From the IMG/VR virus record IMGVR_UViG_3300047548_000808: a stretch of DNA of 20,000 nucleotides. One strand, 5' to 3'. This DNA comes from an uncultured virus (IMG/VR IMGVR_UViG_3300047548_000808). Taxonomy: Duplodnaviria > Heunggongvirae > Uroviricota > Caudoviricetes. Position numbers and translations under genes: made by a program. A model generated the notes under the pieces. That model was not told the DNA's origin. It did no database searches and worked only from the letters and a program-made list of their open reading frames with translations. Below are positions 17,025 through 20,000 of the stretch, one piece after another (position 1 is the first letter of the stretch; each line of letters opens with the position of its first letter).

Positions 17025-19478
17025 ATGACTACTTTTCAAGATATGTTTGATTCAGGTTTTGGAAATCTGAAAGACTTCAGAATAGTGAAGGATGGATATA
17101 AACTATATCCAAAGGTGCATCCATCCTGGAAGACTGCTGACCGTAAACTTCTAGTTGTACTAGAGACTGTAGACCGTGTAGACATATTTGAGAACACCTT
17201 TCTATCTGAGTCCGTTGATCCAGATAGGGGTAACTATAAAAACTCTATGCGTAACATAATTCCAAAGATTATGGACGCTGCCTGGAATCAGGTTAACGTA
17301 TACAGAGGTAAGGAAGAGAATCCAGTTGAAAACCCGTTCTCTCTGGCTCTAGTTAATTTCAATGCTACGAAGACAAGAGATCTTGAAACTTCAGAACAGG
17401 CTTCGTACAATGTAATTTTTGCCAAACGCATACTAGCTTTGATAGAGAGGCTGAAGCCAACGCACATTTTATTCAGTGGTGCTACTGCGTACACTAGTAC
17501 GCTAAAACTTATTGATCCATCGTTAGTTGTTTCGTATTCTGCAGTAAAACGTGGATGGGTTGAGCGAGTAAAGCATAATGATCTAGAGTTTAAGGTAACA
17601 CATACTCTTGACCTTGAGCCTTTATACAATCCTAATACCAAGAAGACAGAAGTATCAGATGACGAAGAAGACCTAGCAGATAAGTTTGCTCTAGCTGATC
17701 TTTTTTACTTTGTATCCAGGAACGTGGCTAACTTGCTAAACGGCAAGCACATGTATTCGGTGAAACGGGTAGAAATTAAGCCAGTATATGTGGATACGAT
17801 GGAAAAGGTTGATAAGCTTTTCGACCTTCTTCAGTCAAGCAAAACTATAGCATTAGACTGCGAAACTAACAATCTAGAAACGTATCATAATAAGATAAAT
17901 GTTATTCAGTTCGCAGTAAGCAAAGACGTTGGATACGTACTTCCAATTCAGCACGTAAAATCGCCGTTCTCTTTAGAAGACCAAGAAATTATTCTAAAAA
18001 GACTGCGTAAGTTCATGTATGACTGGGATCCAAAAAATCGCAAGGATTTCATTGTACTAAATGGAAAGTTTGATTTCCGTGTTATACGCGGTTTGTTGAG
18101 CATACCAGTCATATACCACAGAATCTGGGAATTAAACTACGCAGAGTCCCTGATAGACGAAAATGTAAGTCTTCTGTCTAAGTCTAGTGCTAAGGTTCGT
18201 GCTGGAACTGACTACGTGCTTACCTCGTACCAAGGGCTACGTAATCTGTGCGTTCTATACGAAAACGACTTCTACTATAAGGCCGTCCTATCCAAGGAAG
18301 AACGTAATACTCTAGGATCTATTGCGCCGGATGATCCTGAAGCTTTGCTGTACGAGGCCGCTGACGTACAACTACCGTTTGCGATTGCAGAACAGCAGCA
18401 ACTCCTAGCTAATAATATCAGGTATCGTCCTAGCTTTCAGTCTGAAGAACTAGTATCCTACGGGAAAGCTTTCAGGTTGAATCTGCTACACCAGATGAGT
18501 AATACCGTTCATGGTATTTCTACTATGGAGCAGAACGGTTCCCCATTAGACGTTAAGTACCTAAAAAGCTTGCTAGGTAAGGACTCTCCATTAAGAAAAC
18601 AACTACGAGAGTATCGTGAAGAACTGGAAGCTACCCCTGCTGTACGCAAGGTAGAAGAGCTGATAGCTGGAGAGAGTGGAAGAAAAGTATCTGGTATTTT
18701 TGGTGGTAAGCTGGTACAGAAACTATTCAAGTTAAGTAAGAAAGATCACCAGGAGTATTTGTTCTTTGATGTTCTTGGACTAGAACCTGTACGGCTGACA
18801 AAAACAGGTAAGCGTGCAGTTGACAAAGCATTCATTGCCAACTACGAGCATGATCATCCAGAAGTAAAAATCTTTGGTTTATATTCCAAAGTATTCAAGA
18901 TTCTATCTACCTATGTAGTTGGATGGAACAAGAAGATGGATAGCAGCCTTGATTCTGCTGCTGACTTCTGCCTACGTGCGGCTTTTGGTATCGTTACAAC
19001 CCGACGACTTTGTTCTTTCAATCCTAACCTACAGCAGATTCCTAGTCGTGGTCCGCTAGCCAAGATCGTTAAACGCGCATTCGCTGCACCTAAGGGTTTT
19101 CTGAATATTGCATATGACCTATCAGCTCATGAAGTGCGGATGTGGGCTAATCAAAGTGGGGATAATGCATTGGCTGGAGCGTTCCGTGCAGGACAGGAGC
19201 TTAGACAGAAATGGATATTAACTCCAACTGATGAAGTTAAAAAGGAACTTAAACAGAAGGGTGATATTCATATTCAAAACTACTATCGTTTCCATAAAGT
19301 ATGGCTAGACCGGGCCACTCAGGGGGACGCACGCGACGGAGTCAAGAGAGTTGTATTTGGCGCTATCTACGGAAAGTCCGCAGCTACACTAGGTAAAGAT
19401 CTGAAATTAGAAAAACTAGATAGCCTCTCAGCTAAGCGTCGAGAACTCATGAAACAAATTCGCGCTTTCAAAAGTTAA
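17025..19478 (+). CDS. polA: Family A DNA polymerase, N-terminal part (UDG-like domain, 3'-5' exonuclease, thumb, motifs A and B; motif C absent)
   Basis: ExoI IALDCET, ExoII NGKFD, ExoIII YEAAD; TTRRLCSFNPNLQQIP; motif A YDLSAHEVR; GDIH; motif B RDGVKRVVFGAIYG; stop 34 codons later. ATG 17025 preferred over TTG 17013, which sits in the terminator T tract. Confidence 0.9.
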   Translation: MTTFQDMFDSGFGNLKDFRIVKDGYKLYPKVHPSWKTADRKLLVVLETVDRVDIFENTFLSESVDPDRGNYKNSMRNIIPKIMDAAWNQVNVYRGKEENPVENPFSLALVNFNATKTRDLETSEQASYNVIFAKRILALIERLKPTHILFSGATAYTSTLKLIDPSLVVSYSAVKRGWVERVKHNDLEFKVTHTLDLEPLYNPNTKKTEVSDDEEDLADKFALADLFYFVSRNVANLLNGKHMYSVKRVEIKPVYVDTMEKVDKLFDLLQSSKTIALDCETNNLETYHNKINVIQFAVSKDVGYVLPIQHVKSPFSLEDQEIILKRLRKFMYDWDPKNRKDFIVLNGKFDFRVIRGLLSIPVIYHRIWELNYAESLIDENVSLLSKSSAKVRAGTDYVLTSYQGLRNLCVLYENDFYYKAVLSKEERNTLGSIAPDDPEALLYEAADVQLPFAIAEQQQLLANNIRYRPSFQSEELVSYGKAFRLNLLHQMSNTVHGISTMEQNGSPLDVKYLKSLLGKDSPLRKQLREYREELEATPAVRKVEELIAGESGRKVSGIFGGKLVQKLFKLSKKDHQEYLFFDVLGLEPVRLTKTGKRAVDKAFIANYEHDHPEVKIFGLYSKVFKILSTYVVGWNKKMDSSLDSAADFCLRAAFGIVTTRRLCSFNPNLQQIPSRGPLAKIVKRAFAAPKGFLNIAYDLSAHEVRMWANQSGDNALAGAFRAGQELRQKWILTPTDEVKKELKQKGDIHIQNYYRFHKVWLDRATQGDARDGVKRVVFGAIYGKSAATLGKDLKLEKLDSLSAKRRELMKQIRAFKS

Positions 19479-19502
19479 AAAGTGTGCTTTTATCTATCTG
19501 TT

Positions 19503-19539
19503 AAGGGTCTGTGTACGTTAGCTGTACACAGACCCTTTT
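19503..19539 (+). terminator. Intrinsic terminator after the truncated polymerase
   Basis: Perfect 14-bp stem AAGGGTCTGTGTAC / GTACACAGACCCTT, 7-nt loop, ending in TTTT. Confidence 0.8.
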
Positions 19540-19559
19540 CCTACTTACCGGAGCCAAAA

Positions 19560-20000
19560 ATGAATACTTCTCTAAAGAACCTATTTACCATTCGTGATGG
19601 TCTTGTCCATATTTATGGGCAACCTATTAGTCGGCATGAAACCTATCCTTGGCTGTACTGTGCCAATGATATCCATAGAGCACTAGTTAAGCGCGCAGTA
19701 CGCATGGCAGAAAAGAGTGGAAAGGACGTAGAAAGAGCTAAAGCCAAAGCTATGAGGAGGCGTCCTGGAGATTGGATTTCAGATAAAAACAAGACTCCTG
19801 CAATATGGGCTAAACATTTTAATAAAGCTGGTAAAACTGCTTTTAAAGAGTACACAGATTCAATGCCGGATGTATCCGGCATTGAAAAACCAGAGTGTCC
19901 TAGGCTAGCAGCAATTCAAACCAAGATTGGTAGATATGGTGGTACATTCTTGTGTGAGCAGCTTATAACGGAGTACTGTGCATGGACTTCGGCTAAGTTT
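19560..20000 (+). CDS. KilA-N domain DNA-binding protein (partial; not in the ORF track)
   Basis: GGAG RBS, ATG 19560, open to the window end (147 codons). My translation MNTSLKNLF...LYCANDIHRA...RPGDW...GRYGGTFLCEQLITEYCAWTSAKF matches the KilA-N patterns Y.LNDLHRA, P..W and GGTY...L...YA.W.S..F. Confidence 0.85.
   Translation, partial: MNTSLKNLFTIRDGLVHIYGQPISRHETYPWLYCANDIHRALVKRAVRMAEKSGKDVERAKAKAMRRRPGDWISDKNKTPAIWAKHFNKAGKTAFKEYTDSMPDVSGIEKPECPRLAAIQTKIGRYGGTFLCEQLITEYCAWTSAKF

Noticed and set aside
19374..19478. Split intein N-half at the polymerase C-terminus
   Set aside because: The 34-aa tail has no Cys/Ser-initiated block A and no TxxH block B.
19400..19560. Frameshift or readthrough that completes the polymerase
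   Set aside because: Both alternative frames hit stops within about 50 nt of the polymerase stop, and no motif C-like sequence was seen in the remaining window.
19479..19560. Group I or II intron 5' end
   Set aside because: Only one simple hairpin with a T tract is visible and no core intron elements were recognised. It cannot be fully excluded without downstream sequence.
140..19882. Minus-strand ORFs and the nested 140-343 ORF from the track
   Set aside because: All lie within well-supported plus-strand genes, have no recognisable motifs and look like shadow ORFs.
1..20000. Stop-codon reassignment, CRISPR array, tRNA or rRNA genes
   Set aside because: Genes are full length under the standard code with tight packing, terL ends in TAG, intergenic gaps are under 100 nt, and no repeat-spacer or cloverleaf pattern was seen.

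Overview
This window is a densely packed, all plus-strand segment of a large tailed dsDNA phage genome, probably a jumbo-type virus. It opens with nucleotide metabolism genes (thyA, DHFR) and a replication/recombination block: a beta-clamp-like protein, a UvsY-like protein, a UvsW-like SF2 helicase, a degenerate DnaC-like protein and a DnaB helicase. Next come two ORFs that overlap by 338 nt, then a packaging/head block: a large terminase with a 485-aa LAGLIDADG intein inside Walker A, a portal with a 152-aa mini-intein, and a prohead protease-like protein. The window ends with a family A DNA polymerase carrying a UDG-like N-terminal domain, followed by a partial KilA-N gene. The most notable feature is that the polymerase ORF stops 34 codons after motif B and lacks catalytic motif C. 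It ends in a coiled-coil-like tail followed by a terminator, which suggests a naturally split, two-gene PolA. Other points are inteins in two packaging-motor components, a recurring CTGTTAA motif tied to terminator hairpins, and apparent CTAG enrichment. All calls come from reading motifs by eye; no database searches were run.
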